Shown here: positions 7,297 to 14,766 of the stretch, in pieces
Numbering within the stretch: position 1 is the stretch's first letter
Layout of the letters: each line of letters starts with the position of its first letter
Virus record (IMG/VR): IMGVR_UViG_3300047539_000055
Strand: one strand, 5' to 3'
Length of the DNA: 64,000 nucleotides
DNA from: a virus
Lineage: Duplodnaviria; Caudoviricetes
Program-made: the position numbers and the translations under genes
Notes under the pieces: generated by a model
Database searches by the model: none
What the model saw: only the letters and a program-made list of their open reading frames with translations
Told to the model about the DNA's origin: nothing

Positions 7297-7388
7297 ATTT
7301 TACTGTTGTATGCCGTATCTTTATACTGACTTGGGTAATACGCCTTGTGATCGGTTCAAGACTAACATATGACGGTGGCGCTATAAAC

Positions 7389-7463
7389 GGACTTGTAGCT
7401 CCAAGGTAGAGCGCTTCCCTGAAGAGGAAGGCGGTGCTGGTTCAAGTCCAGTCAAGTCCACCA
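7389..7463 (+). tRNA. tRNA-Phe(GAA)
   Basis: Loop CTGAAGA, CCA. Confidence 0.93.
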
Positions 7464-7482
7464 ATTTTAAGAGGAAAGGAAA

Positions 7483-7629
7483 ATGAAATTGTTCAATCAT
7501 GACGAAGATATACAGTATTTCAGAGAGGTAGCGAATACTGTGCCGAAAAAGAAAGAATATTGTGAAAAAACAATTAAGTTGCTTGAAGAAGCACACGCAA
7601 TTGTAACAGCAAAGAAAAAGTATTGCTAA
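7483..7629 (+). CDS. Small hypothetical protein (48 aa)
   Basis: GAGGAAAGGA RBS; MKLFNHDEDIQYFREV... Confidence 0.55.
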   Translation: MKLFNHDEDIQYFREVANTVPKKKEYCEKTIKLLEEAHAIVTAKKKYC

Positions 7630-7650
7630 ATATCTGTAAATAAATTTTAT

Positions 7651-7727
7651 CCGGGTGTAGCGCAGCCTGGTAGCGCGTTCCGTTTGGGGCGGAAAAGTCG
7701 CAAGTTCGAATCTTGCCACCTGGACCA
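7651..7727 (+). tRNA. tRNA-Pro(TGG)
   Basis: Canonical cloverleaf, loop TTTGGGG. Confidence 0.95.
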
Positions 7728-7776
7728 TTTTGAATCAGTACATTCGAGTTTTTCATCTCCGAGCATAAATACTTGC

Positions 7777-8388
7777 ATGAAAAACAATATGAAAGAAACA
7801 GAATACTATAAAAGTGGGAGACAATTAATAAGTGTTGTAAACGCTGGAAAAATCGGTAATTCTGTTAGTTCGCAAGGAGCAAAAAAATTTAGGGAAGAAT
7901 ATGATACAAACCCAAATATTTGCGCTAACTGTTCAACCGCTTTGAATTTTTACAAACGAACATATAAATTTTGTTCGTCATCATGTGCGGCAACATTTAA
8001 TAACACGCATAAAACAACAGGAACGCGCAGATCAAAACTTGAAACTTTTCTGGAGGAACAAATTCGTAATACCTATCCAAATTTGGAACTACTTTGTAAC
8101 GATAAAACAGCAATCAATTCAGAATTGGATTTTTATTTTCCTGAATTGAATCTTGCCATAGAACTTAATGGTATATTACATTTTGAACCAATTTATGGAT
8201 CAAAAAAATTAGAACAGATTCAAAGTAATGATACTAAAAAATACTTTCTCTGTTCACAAAAGCAAATTAATTTGGCAATTATTGATTCTTCGACCTGTAA
8301 GTATTTGAACCAAAGTTCTAAAGACAAATATTGGAAGTTGATTGAAAATATTATTCAAAAAGCAAAGTTATATCGGGGTATAGTGTAG
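7777..8388 (+). CDS. PD-(D/E)xK/Vsr-like putative homing endonuclease
   Basis: [20 protein letters not shown]; CxxC...FCSSSC; start reassigned downstream of the tRNA. Confidence 0.75.
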   Translation: MKNNMKETEYYKSGRQLISVVNAGKIGNSVSSQGAKKFREEYDTNPNICANCSTALNFYKRTYKFCSSSCAATFNNTHKTTGTRRSKLETFLEEQIRNTYPNLELLCNDKTAINSELDFYFPELNLAIELNGILHFEPIYGSKKLEQIQSNDTKKYFLCSQKQINLAIIDSSTCKYLNQSSKDKYWKLIENIIQKAKLYRGIV

Positions 8389-8447
8389 TGGTCGCACCCA
8401 AATTTCGGGAATTTGTAGAGAGGTTTCGATTACCTCTACCCCGACCA
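8374..8447 (+). tRNA. tRNA-Pro(CGG)
   Basis: Loop TTCGGGA, C1:G72, CCA. Confidence 0.88.
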
Positions 8448-8459
8448 AAATTTAGAAAT

Positions 8460-8535
8460 GCCGTGATAGCTCAGTTGGTAGAGCATTGGTTTTGTAAACC
8501 AAATGTCGCAGGTTCGATCCCTGTTCGCGGCTCCA
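8460..8535 (+). tRNA. tRNA-Thr(TGT)
   Basis: Canonical cloverleaf, loop TTTGTAA. Confidence 0.95.
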
Positions 8536-8539
8536 AAGT

Positions 8540-8701
8540 TTCCGTCGCATTGTGGATGTGACACAAGTGGCTTGGCAGGTGTTCGGGTCATAAGCTCATC
8601 GAAGATTGTTGTGGACACGATAACAATTGGGCGCTCAGGAAGCCAATGAGATAATGATTTCACTGTAATCTTAGCGGATCACAGAATAATCATCGACGGA
8701 A
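8540..8701 (+). ncRNA. Unassigned ~160-nt multibranch spacer RNA
   Basis: Closing stem TTCCGTCG/CGACGGAA; TGGCTT/AAGCCA; ATTGTT/AACAAT. Confidence 0.55.
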
Positions 8702-8709
8702 TTGATTTA

Positions 8710-8783
8710 GCGGGTATATATCAATGGTAGATTAGAACTTTGCCTAAGTTCAGATATGGATTCGAGTTCCGTTACCCGCTCCA
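8710..8783 (+). tRNA. tRNA-Gly(GCC)
   Basis: GCGGGTA/TACCCGC, U73, loop TTGCCTA. Confidence 0.88.
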
Positions 8784-8797
8784 AAGTTTAGATTCAC

Positions 8798-8872
8798 GGC
8801 GCTGTAGCAAAATGGTAATGCAAGGGCCTGCAAAGCCTTTACTCGGTGGTTCGATTCCACTCAGCGCCTCCA
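8798..8872 (+). tRNA. tRNA-Cys(GCA)
   Basis: Loop CTGCAAA, U73. Confidence 0.93.
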
Positions 8873-9092
8873 ATTTGGGCAGAGGAATGATAACGACTGC
8901 CATAGACGACAGCTAAAAAGTGAAGTTTGGAACATCTGAGTAGGCCCACCGAAAAGCCAAATGATGTACTAAGTAAGTTGCGCGGATAATCAAAGCGTTA
9001 TCTTACTGCCATGCATTTTTATTGCAATTATGCATGGCAGGACATAAAATTTAAGGGAATTACGCAGTTAACTCCCTTGGAGAAATGAACCC

Positions 9093-9635
9093 ATGAAACT
9101 CCGGTTTTCCATAGACGAAGCCGAGGCCGCACGTGATGAGTGGGGTTTTAACTGCGGACCCGCAGCGGTTGCCTCTATCTGCGGACTTTCGCTGGCTGAG
9201 TTGCGTCCACATCTGGGTGATTTTGAACTGAAGGGGTATACAAATCCTACCCTCATGGCTCAGATTCTCAAGAGCGTCGGCGCTAAGGTGATCGAGTTTG
9301 GCAGGCTTAACTGGCGGTTTGAGATGGAGCGCACAGGGAGAGCGCCGTGGCCCAGATATGGCCTTGCGCGGGTTCAATGGGAAGGACCGTGGACGAAAGA
9401 CGGTGTGCCGATGGCCGCCCGTTACCGAGCAACGCATTGGGTCGGAGCGAGCTATGTAAACCTAGACAACATTGGCATCTGGGATGTGAACTGTTTGAAC
9501 AACGGGACCGGATGGGTTGGGCTTGGTGAGTGGACTAACACGCTGGTTCCGTGGCTATTGAAGGAACTTTATCCACGCGCAAGTGGCAAGTGGCACTTGA
9601 CGCACATCGTCGAAATCGAACAGCCAAGGGACTGA
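9093..9635 (+). CDS. Papain-fold (C39-like) peptidase, GC-rich insert
   Basis: NCGPAAVA...THWV...WD Cys/His/Asp arrangement; GC visibly higher than flanks. Confidence 0.6.
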   Translation: MKLRFSIDEAEAARDEWGFNCGPAAVASICGLSLAELRPHLGDFELKGYTNPTLMAQILKSVGAKVIEFGRLNWRFEMERTGRAPWPRYGLARVQWEGPWTKDGVPMAARYRATHWVGASYVNLDNIGIWDVNCLNNGTGWVGLGEWTNTLVPWLLKELYPRASGKWHLTHIVEIEQPRD

Positions 9636-9660
9636 AGTATATAAGTCCCAAATTTAATAC

Positions 9661-9734
9661 GCGGTTATGGTGTAGTGGTAACATTTTTGGCTTCCACCCA
9701 AACGTCGTCGGTTCAAATCCGACTAGCCGCTCCA
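9661..9734 (+). tRNA. tRNA-Gly(TCC)
   Basis: Loop CTTCCAC, U73. Confidence 0.93.
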
Positions 9735-9748
9735 AAGTTTAGATTTAT

Positions 9749-9841
9749 GTTGGGGAACTCTAAGTAGATTGAGCGCGGTCTGCAAAACCGTTGAGAACCG
9801 TAAAATCGGTCTAGTGGGCGCAAGTCCCATCCCCAACTCCA
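9749..9841 (+). tRNA. tRNA-Cys(GCA) with long variable arm
   Basis: GTTGGGG/CCCCAAC, U73-CCA, loop CTGCAAA, V arm ACCG/CGGT, T loop CGCAAGT. Confidence 0.78.
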
Positions 9842-9851
9842 TTTTAGAAAT

Positions 9852-9937
9852 GCGTTTGTGGTGGAACGGCATACACGATGGTCTAAGAAGCCATTTCCAG
9901 TAATGGATTGAAGGTTCAAATCCTTTCAGACGCACCA
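9852..9937 (+). tRNA. tRNA-Leu(AAG)
   Basis: Type II, loop CTAAGAA. Confidence 0.9.
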
Positions 9938-9956
9938 AGATTTAGAAAGAAATACA

Positions 9957-10181
9957 ATGGGATATTATGAAGACAATTCGGGTATTGATGATGATGCCAA
10001 ATATCAATGCATGAAACGTGATTGTCTACAAGAAATGTTTGGGTATCAACTATTACCCATTGTTCACGAAGTGCTAAAAGACGATCCAACACACCCATAT
10101 GGTGTAAGTGGAACTGGGAAATTTAAATGTAACATACGAAGATGTTGCTATTGTAGAGGAACGGTGAAGAAAATTGAATAA
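9957..10181 (+). CDS. Small Cys-rich hypothetical protein
   Basis: ORF between tRNAs. Confidence 0.55.
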   Translation: MGYYEDNSGIDDDAKYQCMKRDCLQEMFGYQLLPIVHEVLKDDPTHPYGVSGTGKFKCNIRRCCYCRGTVKKIE

Positions 10182-10356
10182 AGAAAATCTAGTTGCATTT
10201 TTGTATATGTTGATGCGTGATTCACTACCGACAGGAGAAGTTGCAAGATTGGTAGTGGAAGTTGAAAAAACAAAGGGTCAAGAAATAGCATTTACTAGCA
10301 AAGGTTTAGAAGCATACGCAAGAGAATTATCGGATAGATTGCTTTCTGATAAATAG
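10174..10356 (+). CDS. Hypothetical protein
   Basis: LVAFLYMLMRD.LP.G.V pattern typical of small phage proteins. Confidence 0.65.
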   Translation: MNKENLVAFLYMLMRDSLPTGEVARLVVEVEKTKGQEIAFTSKGLEAYARELSDRLLSDK

Positions 10357-10362
10357 TTTTAT

Positions 10363-10452
10363 GGAGAGTTGGGTGAGTGGTTTATACCAAGACTTTGCTA
10401 AAGTCTCGAACCTGAAAGGGTTCCACAGGTTCAAATCCTGTACTCTCCTCCA
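10363..10452 (+). tRNA. tRNA-Ser(GCT)
   Basis: Type II, loop TTGCTAA. Confidence 0.93.
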
Positions 10453-10472
10453 TTTTGAAAAGGAGAAATTTA

Positions 10473-10673
10473 ATGGACAACAGAGAATATTTGAATTATG
10501 AAAATATTGATATTCCAGAATTAACTGATTATCGAGGCACTTTAAAAGAATTCGCTACAATTGTATTAGCGTTAATGAAGGAATATGGTCCTAATGCCAA
10601 CATAAGCATTCACCCAACAATTGACGAAACAGCGGAAGTGTCAATTAGAATTGACAAAAGGCTGAAGAGGTAA
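10473..10673 (+). CDS. Hypothetical protein
   Basis: AGGAG RBS before MDNREY. Confidence 0.65.
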   Translation: MDNREYLNYENIDIPELTDYRGTLKEFATIVLALMKEYGPNANISIHPTIDETAEVSIRIDKRLKR

Positions 10674-10853
10674 ATGAAAGAAGTATGGCAAGTTGATGTT
10701 GGTTATTTTTGTGCAGGAATTATAACTGAAAATGAAAAAGTAACAGTTGCCGCACCGATACTAAATTGGGCTATAGGTAAATCAGTTACTTCTGTTGAAA
10801 CTTGGATAAGAAACAAAAAAGGTAAGATTGTAAAAAGCAAGATGGAAGAGTGA
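10674..10853 (+). CDS. Hypothetical protein (59 aa)
   Basis: GAGG RBS; YFCAGI...AAPILNWAIGK; stop lies inside tRNA-Ser(GGA). Confidence 0.65.
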   Translation: MKEVWQVDVGYFCAGIITENEKVTVAAPILNWAIGKSVTSVETWIRNKKGKIVKSKMEE

Positions 10854-10939
10854 GCGGAATGGCATCGCACCTGCTTGGAAAGCAGACTCACGTTGGATAA
10901 AACCATCGTGTGCAGGTTCAAGTCCTGTCTCTTCCGCCA
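10844..10939 (+). tRNA. tRNA-Ser(GGA)
   Basis: Type II, loop TTGGAAA, G73. Confidence 0.9.
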
Positions 10940-10945
10940 AATATT

Positions 10946-11251
10946 ATGAACATAACACCCAATGCGTGGAAGCATATTGAAGAAATTGTAAATGATAAAT
11001 GCCTCAGAGTTGGTATTAGAGGCGGCGGGTGTTCAGGCTTATCTTATGTATTTCAGCTTGATACTCCAAGAACAAGGGATTTAATTTTTGAACTGAATAA
11101 TATTAAGGTTTTGGTTGATCCAAAATCGAATGTGTATTTGAAAGATGTGACACTTGATTATGAAGAGACGTTGATGCGTCAAGGTTTCAATATTATCAAT
11201 CCACGAGCAACAAAAAGTTGTGGATGCGGATCAAGTTTTTCAATTGGGTAG
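10946..11251 (+). CDS. iscA: Iron-sulfur cluster A-type carrier (IscA/HesB family)
   Basis: GGGCSGLSY and C-terminal SCGCGSSF signatures. Confidence 0.92.
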   Translation: MNITPNAWKHIEEIVNDKCLRVGIRGGGCSGLSYVFQLDTPRTRDLIFELNNIKVLVDPKSNVYLKDVTLDYEETLMRQGFNIINPRATKSCGCGSSFSIG

Positions 11252-11333
11252 TTAATTGTAGCGGTTCTACAACCTTGTTTCGAAAACAAGCGGTACCGAA
11301 AGGTATGGAAGTCGGCATTTCAGCTACCCGCCA
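11246..11333 (+). tRNA. tRNA-Ser(CGA) with 8/4 cloverleaf
   Basis: 8-bp acceptor GGGTAGTT/AGCTACCC, 4-bp T stem, 6-bp D stem, loop TTCGAAA, G73. Confidence 0.82.
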
Positions 11334-11396
11334 TTTTAGGACTTATCAAATTCGATTCCTCGTCTTGCATAAATACATATAGGAGAATAATTTTAT

Positions 11397-12098
11397 ATGT
11401 ATTATTTGATTTACGAAACAACAAATTTGATAAATGGAAATTTTTATGTTGGTGCTCATCAAACTAAAAATTTGAATGATGGTTACTTAGGGTCAGGTAA
11501 ATATTTTCGTCATGCATTAAAGAAATATGGAGACTCAAACTTTTCTCGTAAAATATTATTTGAATTTGATAATCAACACGATATGTTCGTCAAAGAGAAT
11601 GAAATTGTTGATGAAGAGTTTGTATCTCGTAAAGATACTTACAATATTAAACTGGGCGGAAGTGGAGGATTTGATCATCTAAATTATGGGACGGCGAAAT
11701 CAAAAAATCTAAGATTTGATCCAGAATATCAAAAAAATATTTCTTGGCTTTCACATCCAGAGAAATATGGAGTTGCTGATGTTCAAGAATGGAGAAGAAG
11801 AGGACAAAAGAAAATACAAGAATTAATTGATATAGGTAAATTTAATCCTACAAAATGGTTTGATGAACATCCTAAAATACGGCAAAAAGGATTAGACAAA
11901 ATGAACTCGCCAGAGGCGATGACAAAAAGAATTAAAACCTTTCACGCAATGGGGCATCAACAAGGAAGCAAAAATTCACAATATGGAACTTGTTGGATAA
12001 CTAATGAAATAGAAAATAAAAAGATCAAAAAAGAAAATATTTCAGAATGGTTTAATAAAGGTTGGAAATTTGGTCGAATAAAAACGGAGAAGTGCTAG
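11397..12098 (+). CDS. GIY-YIG (Seg-like) homing endonuclease
   Basis: YLIYETTNLINGNFYVGAH...YLGSG...YNIKLGG. Confidence 0.88.
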   Translation: MYYLIYETTNLINGNFYVGAHQTKNLNDGYLGSGKYFRHALKKYGDSNFSRKILFEFDNQHDMFVKENEIVDEEFVSRKDTYNIKLGGSGGFDHLNYGTAKSKNLRFDPEYQKNISWLSHPEKYGVADVQEWRRRGQKKIQELIDIGKFNPTKWFDEHPKIRQKGLDKMNSPEAMTKRIKTFHAMGHQQGSKNSQYGTCWITNEIENKKIKKENISEWFNKGWKFGRIKTEKC

Positions 12099-12180
12099 AG
12101 TGGCTGAATAGACTGGTCCTGAAAACCAGCGAACCTGTGAATAACAGGTTCCGTGGGTTCAAATCCCACCTTCTCCTCCA
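12086..12180 (+). tRNA. tRNA-Ser(TGA)
   Basis: Type II, loop CCTGAAA (C33). Confidence 0.88.
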
Positions 12181-12192
12181 ATACCAAAATGT

Positions 12193-12459
12193 ATGAAAAA
12201 GAAATTAGCTGACACTTTCGATAAAAACGGAACACCAATCAACAAGGGCGATCTTGTGTTTTTTAATCTTTGGTCTGTGCGTTCTTCTACATGCGAAAAA
12301 ATAGTTTTAGGCAAAATTAAAAGGATTGATGGCGCGTACATATTTGTTCAAAATGTAAAAAATAAAAAAGATATTTCAGAGTTGTACTCAACTGAAATTG
12401 AAAAAGCCAGTGATGAAAAGGCAATGTTATGGATGTTTGAGAATGTTATGGATGTTTGA
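12193..12459 (+). CDS. Small SH3/KOW-like paralog-family protein
   Basis: DKNGTPINKGDLV...SDEKAMLWMFEN. Confidence 0.7.
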   Translation: MKKKLADTFDKNGTPINKGDLVFFNLWSVRSSTCEKIVLGKIKRIDGAYIFVQNVKNKKDISELYSTEIEKASDEKAMLWMFENVMDV

Positions 12460-12505
12460 GAATAAATAAGTCCTTTAGAATGAGAAAATAAATTTTGGTT
12501 TTTAC

Positions 12506-12534
12506 TTGCTTTTTAGACCGATCTGCTGTATACT
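12506..12534 (+). promoter_or_regulatory. Sigma70-type promoter before the two CAT tRNAs
   Basis: TTGCTT, 17-nt spacer, TATACT. Confidence 0.65.
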
Positions 12535-12574
12535 ATATATAGTTCTATTGAATGCAAGGAAGCATAAATATTAT

Positions 12575-12650
12575 AGCGGGGTGGTAGCGTAGGTCATACA
12601 CTAGGCTCATAACCTCAGAGACAAGGGTGCAAATCCCTTCCCCGCAACCA
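12575..12650 (+). tRNA. tRNA-Met(CAT), initiator-like
   Basis: AGCGGGG/CCCCGCA with unpaired 1:72, loop CTCATAA. Confidence 0.8.
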
Positions 12651-12656
12651 ACTTTT

Positions 12657-12732
12657 GCCAGTGAGGACGAAGTGGATAGTCGCAGCCCTCATAAAGCTGT
12701 CGTAGTTGATTCGAGTTCAACCACTGGCACCA
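12657..12732 (+). tRNA. tRNA-Met/Ile2(CAT)
   Basis: GCCAGTG/CACTGGC, loop CTCATAA. Confidence 0.82.
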
Positions 12733-12747
12733 ATTTAGAAAGGCAAT

Positions 12748-12963
12748 ATGTATAACGTACAACAAGCAATAGACGAATCCAATAAAATGCGATCATCTGG
12801 TTGTATATGTGATCCTCTTAGTTGTTCTAGTGCGATACCTCCAAAATGTCCAGTGCATTGTTCTTGCATGAAAAATGGACGAGCAATTCCAAATAGCAAA
12901 AAGATAGATGGTCAATGCAAAATTTGTGGTAATTGGCCTCTCTATAACGAAAGCGACTTATGA
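12748..12963 (+). CDS. Small Cys-rich hypothetical protein
   Basis: CIC...CPVHC...CKICG. Confidence 0.6.
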   Translation: MYNVQQAIDESNKMRSSGCICDPLSCSSAIPPKCPVHCSCMKNGRAIPNSKKIDGQCKICGNWPLYNESDL

Positions 12964-13208
12964 TCCTCTTCAAAGGTTCTCCCAAACCAAAAGATGGCGA
13001 AGTAAAAATCACAGAAAAATTTGCGTTTTTGCCAAAGCAACTCAAAATTGCCTACAGCGTATATGATCATGACGGCTGGCACTATCAAGCTATTATATGG
13101 CTGGAACGCTATGTTGAAACTAAACTATACCATCGTGATGGACAATATTGGCATTTGATGAAACGTGAAAGATACAATGACGCTGTTCTAAATAAGTTTG
13201 CGAGTTGA
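12960..13208 (+). CDS. Hypothetical protein
   Basis: KFAFLP...IIWLERY pattern; ATGA overlap. Confidence 0.65.
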   Translation: MILFKGSPKPKDGEVKITEKFAFLPKQLKIAYSVYDHDGWHYQAIIWLERYVETKLYHRDGQYWHLMKRERYNDAVLNKFAS

Positions 13209-13372
13209 AAGGGCTGTATGATACTTATCAAAAAGAGGAAGAAATCTCAGTCGGGCGAAATCATCTCATAGACCAACGGCTTCCGCCTATGTAGATACCC
13301 CTCGGTATTTTGCGGGTAAAGTGTGTGCACACCATGCGGCCAATGGGCTGATCGTGCAGCAGAGCGCCGTTT

Positions 13373-13771
13373 GTGAATATAACACTTGATATGCACGATC
13401 ACATGTGCTATGTTATCGTGCATATTCATTGTGACGGAGCCGCAGATTGCGAGGCAGCGGAAGTTGCTTATGAATTAGGATTTACTATCATCGCACATCC
13501 TGGTTATCTTCCAAAAAATCCATCATGGAAAGGTTCTCGCGGAAGTTTTGACAAGAATAATATTACTCACCCCGAAAAACCATTTCTAATTCGTGATCAC
13601 GATATTGTTGATGCCTCTGAAGTGTTGATTGCTACTCCTGCCCAAAAGAATGAAATTCTAAGGTCTGGAACGTGGGCTACTATCCGTTATGGTGAAAAAA
13701 GTAAACCTGTTATTATCATTTTTCCTGATGGAGAATGTGAAGTTAGAGGTAAAAGTCTATGCAAAAAGTAA
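13373..13771 (+). CDS. SLOG/DprA-Smf-like protein, N-terminus apparently missing
   Basis: RDHDIVDASEVLIA.P....RSGTWATIRY...KPVIIIFPDG; lacks the usual N-terminal GFTG strand. Confidence 0.6.
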   Translation: MNITLDMHDHMCYVIVHIHCDGAADCEAAEVAYELGFTIIAHPGYLPKNPSWKGSRGSFDKNNITHPEKPFLIRDHDIVDASEVLIATPAQKNEILRSGTWATIRYGEKSKPVIIIFPDGECEVRGKSLCKK

Positions 13772-14019
13772 CGACACAAGGTTACGAAGTTCTGGCGCGA
13801 TTGCTAAGTGTTGATCCATTATATCAAATAAAAATTGCTGAAACATATTACATTACTACTACACTAATTGAACCTCATAGTTTTATATGGGATATGCTAA
13901 AAATTCGTGGAAAGAATAACCATTTAAAATCATTCGCTATTATTGCATCATCCCACACAGTAAGAGGCGTATGGAAGAAAGCCTGTAAAGTTTTGAATGG
14001 CAAGGTTAACAATGTTTGA
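13759..14019 (+). CDS. Hypothetical protein, paralog of 682..897
   Basis: Shared motifs with 682..897. Confidence 0.65.
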   Translation: MQKVTTQGYEVLARLLSVDPLYQIKIAETYYITTTLIEPHSFIWDMLKIRGKNNHLKSFAIIASSHTVRGVWKKACKVLNGKVNNV

Positions 14020-14758
14020 ACCTAAAGCACTAACAGAAAATCAAATCAACTTGTGTGAACAGACAATGAGTTCCAACACCTTTTATATGTTGGTTGGTAA
14101 TGCATTAGTCAATTCAAAACCACTCTCTGTTGTTCGTATGGGAGATGGAGAGCGACAATTATTGCACGCCGCAATGCAAAGTCCTATACATAATCAAGCA
14201 ACTATTGAAGAACAGGCTGATCCTATTGGCTGGCTAAAAAGAATGGGTTGCTATGGCATTTCAAATTCAGAACTTATTAATCGGTTGGGATGGGCCGCTG
14301 ACGAATGTTCTTATTTCGCCCCATCAATTTCTGGTATTCAATTAGATAATTTCAATCTGTACGATTTATTTCAACCTCGCACCAAATATGTAGACAATTT
14401 CTTTTGTAATGCTTGGACTGAAGAAATGAAGATTCAACTATTTAACACAGCTAAGCATGTTTTGTTTATTCATAGAAATACATCAGCGGCAGATGCTATG
14501 CAAATTCGTGCAAAATATGCATTGGATGTAAAGGTTACATATATCAAGCTGGAATCGTGGACACAATCAGAAGAAGTAATTGAAAAAGGTTCAAAAATTG
14601 AAGCCCCATTGGTTCTATTCAGTGCAGGGCCAGCATCCAAATACATTGGTCACAGAATAGCAACTTCTGGAATATCAAAGGTATCTCTTGATATTGGGAA
14701 CGCGGCTGATTATTGGTTGTTGAATGGTTTAAAGGATATTCCAAATGGTCGCAGATAA
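14012..14758 (+). CDS. GT-D-fold (DUF1792-like) glycosyltransferase
   Basis: SVVRMGDGE, SAGPASK and LDIG motifs. Confidence 0.7.
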   Translation: MFEPKALTENQINLCEQTMSSNTFYMLVGNALVNSKPLSVVRMGDGERQLLHAAMQSPIHNQATIEEQADPIGWLKRMGCYGISNSELINRLGWAADECSYFAPSISGIQLDNFNLYDLFQPRTKYVDNFFCNAWTEEMKIQLFNTAKHVLFIHRNTSAADAMQIRAKYALDVKVTYIKLESWTQSEEVIEKGSKIEAPLVLFSAGPASKYIGHRIATSGISKVSLDIGNAADYWLLNGLKDIPNGRR

Positions 14759-14766
14759 ATATTGAT

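Noticed and set aside
8936-8954. Hammerhead-like CTGA...GAAA
   Set aside because: Core reads CTGAGTA, not CTGANGA, and no stem III/UH is evident
4913-9938. Minus-strand ORFs over the tRNA array (e.g. 4913-5266, 7381-7728, 9535-9735)
   Set aside because: Antisense translations of tRNA genes; no RBS or protein features
6763-12180. Suppressor tRNAs or stop-codon reassignment
   Set aside because: TAG and TGA here are anticodons (Leu, Ser); no CTA/TCA/TTA anticodon was found and core genes are intact in code 11
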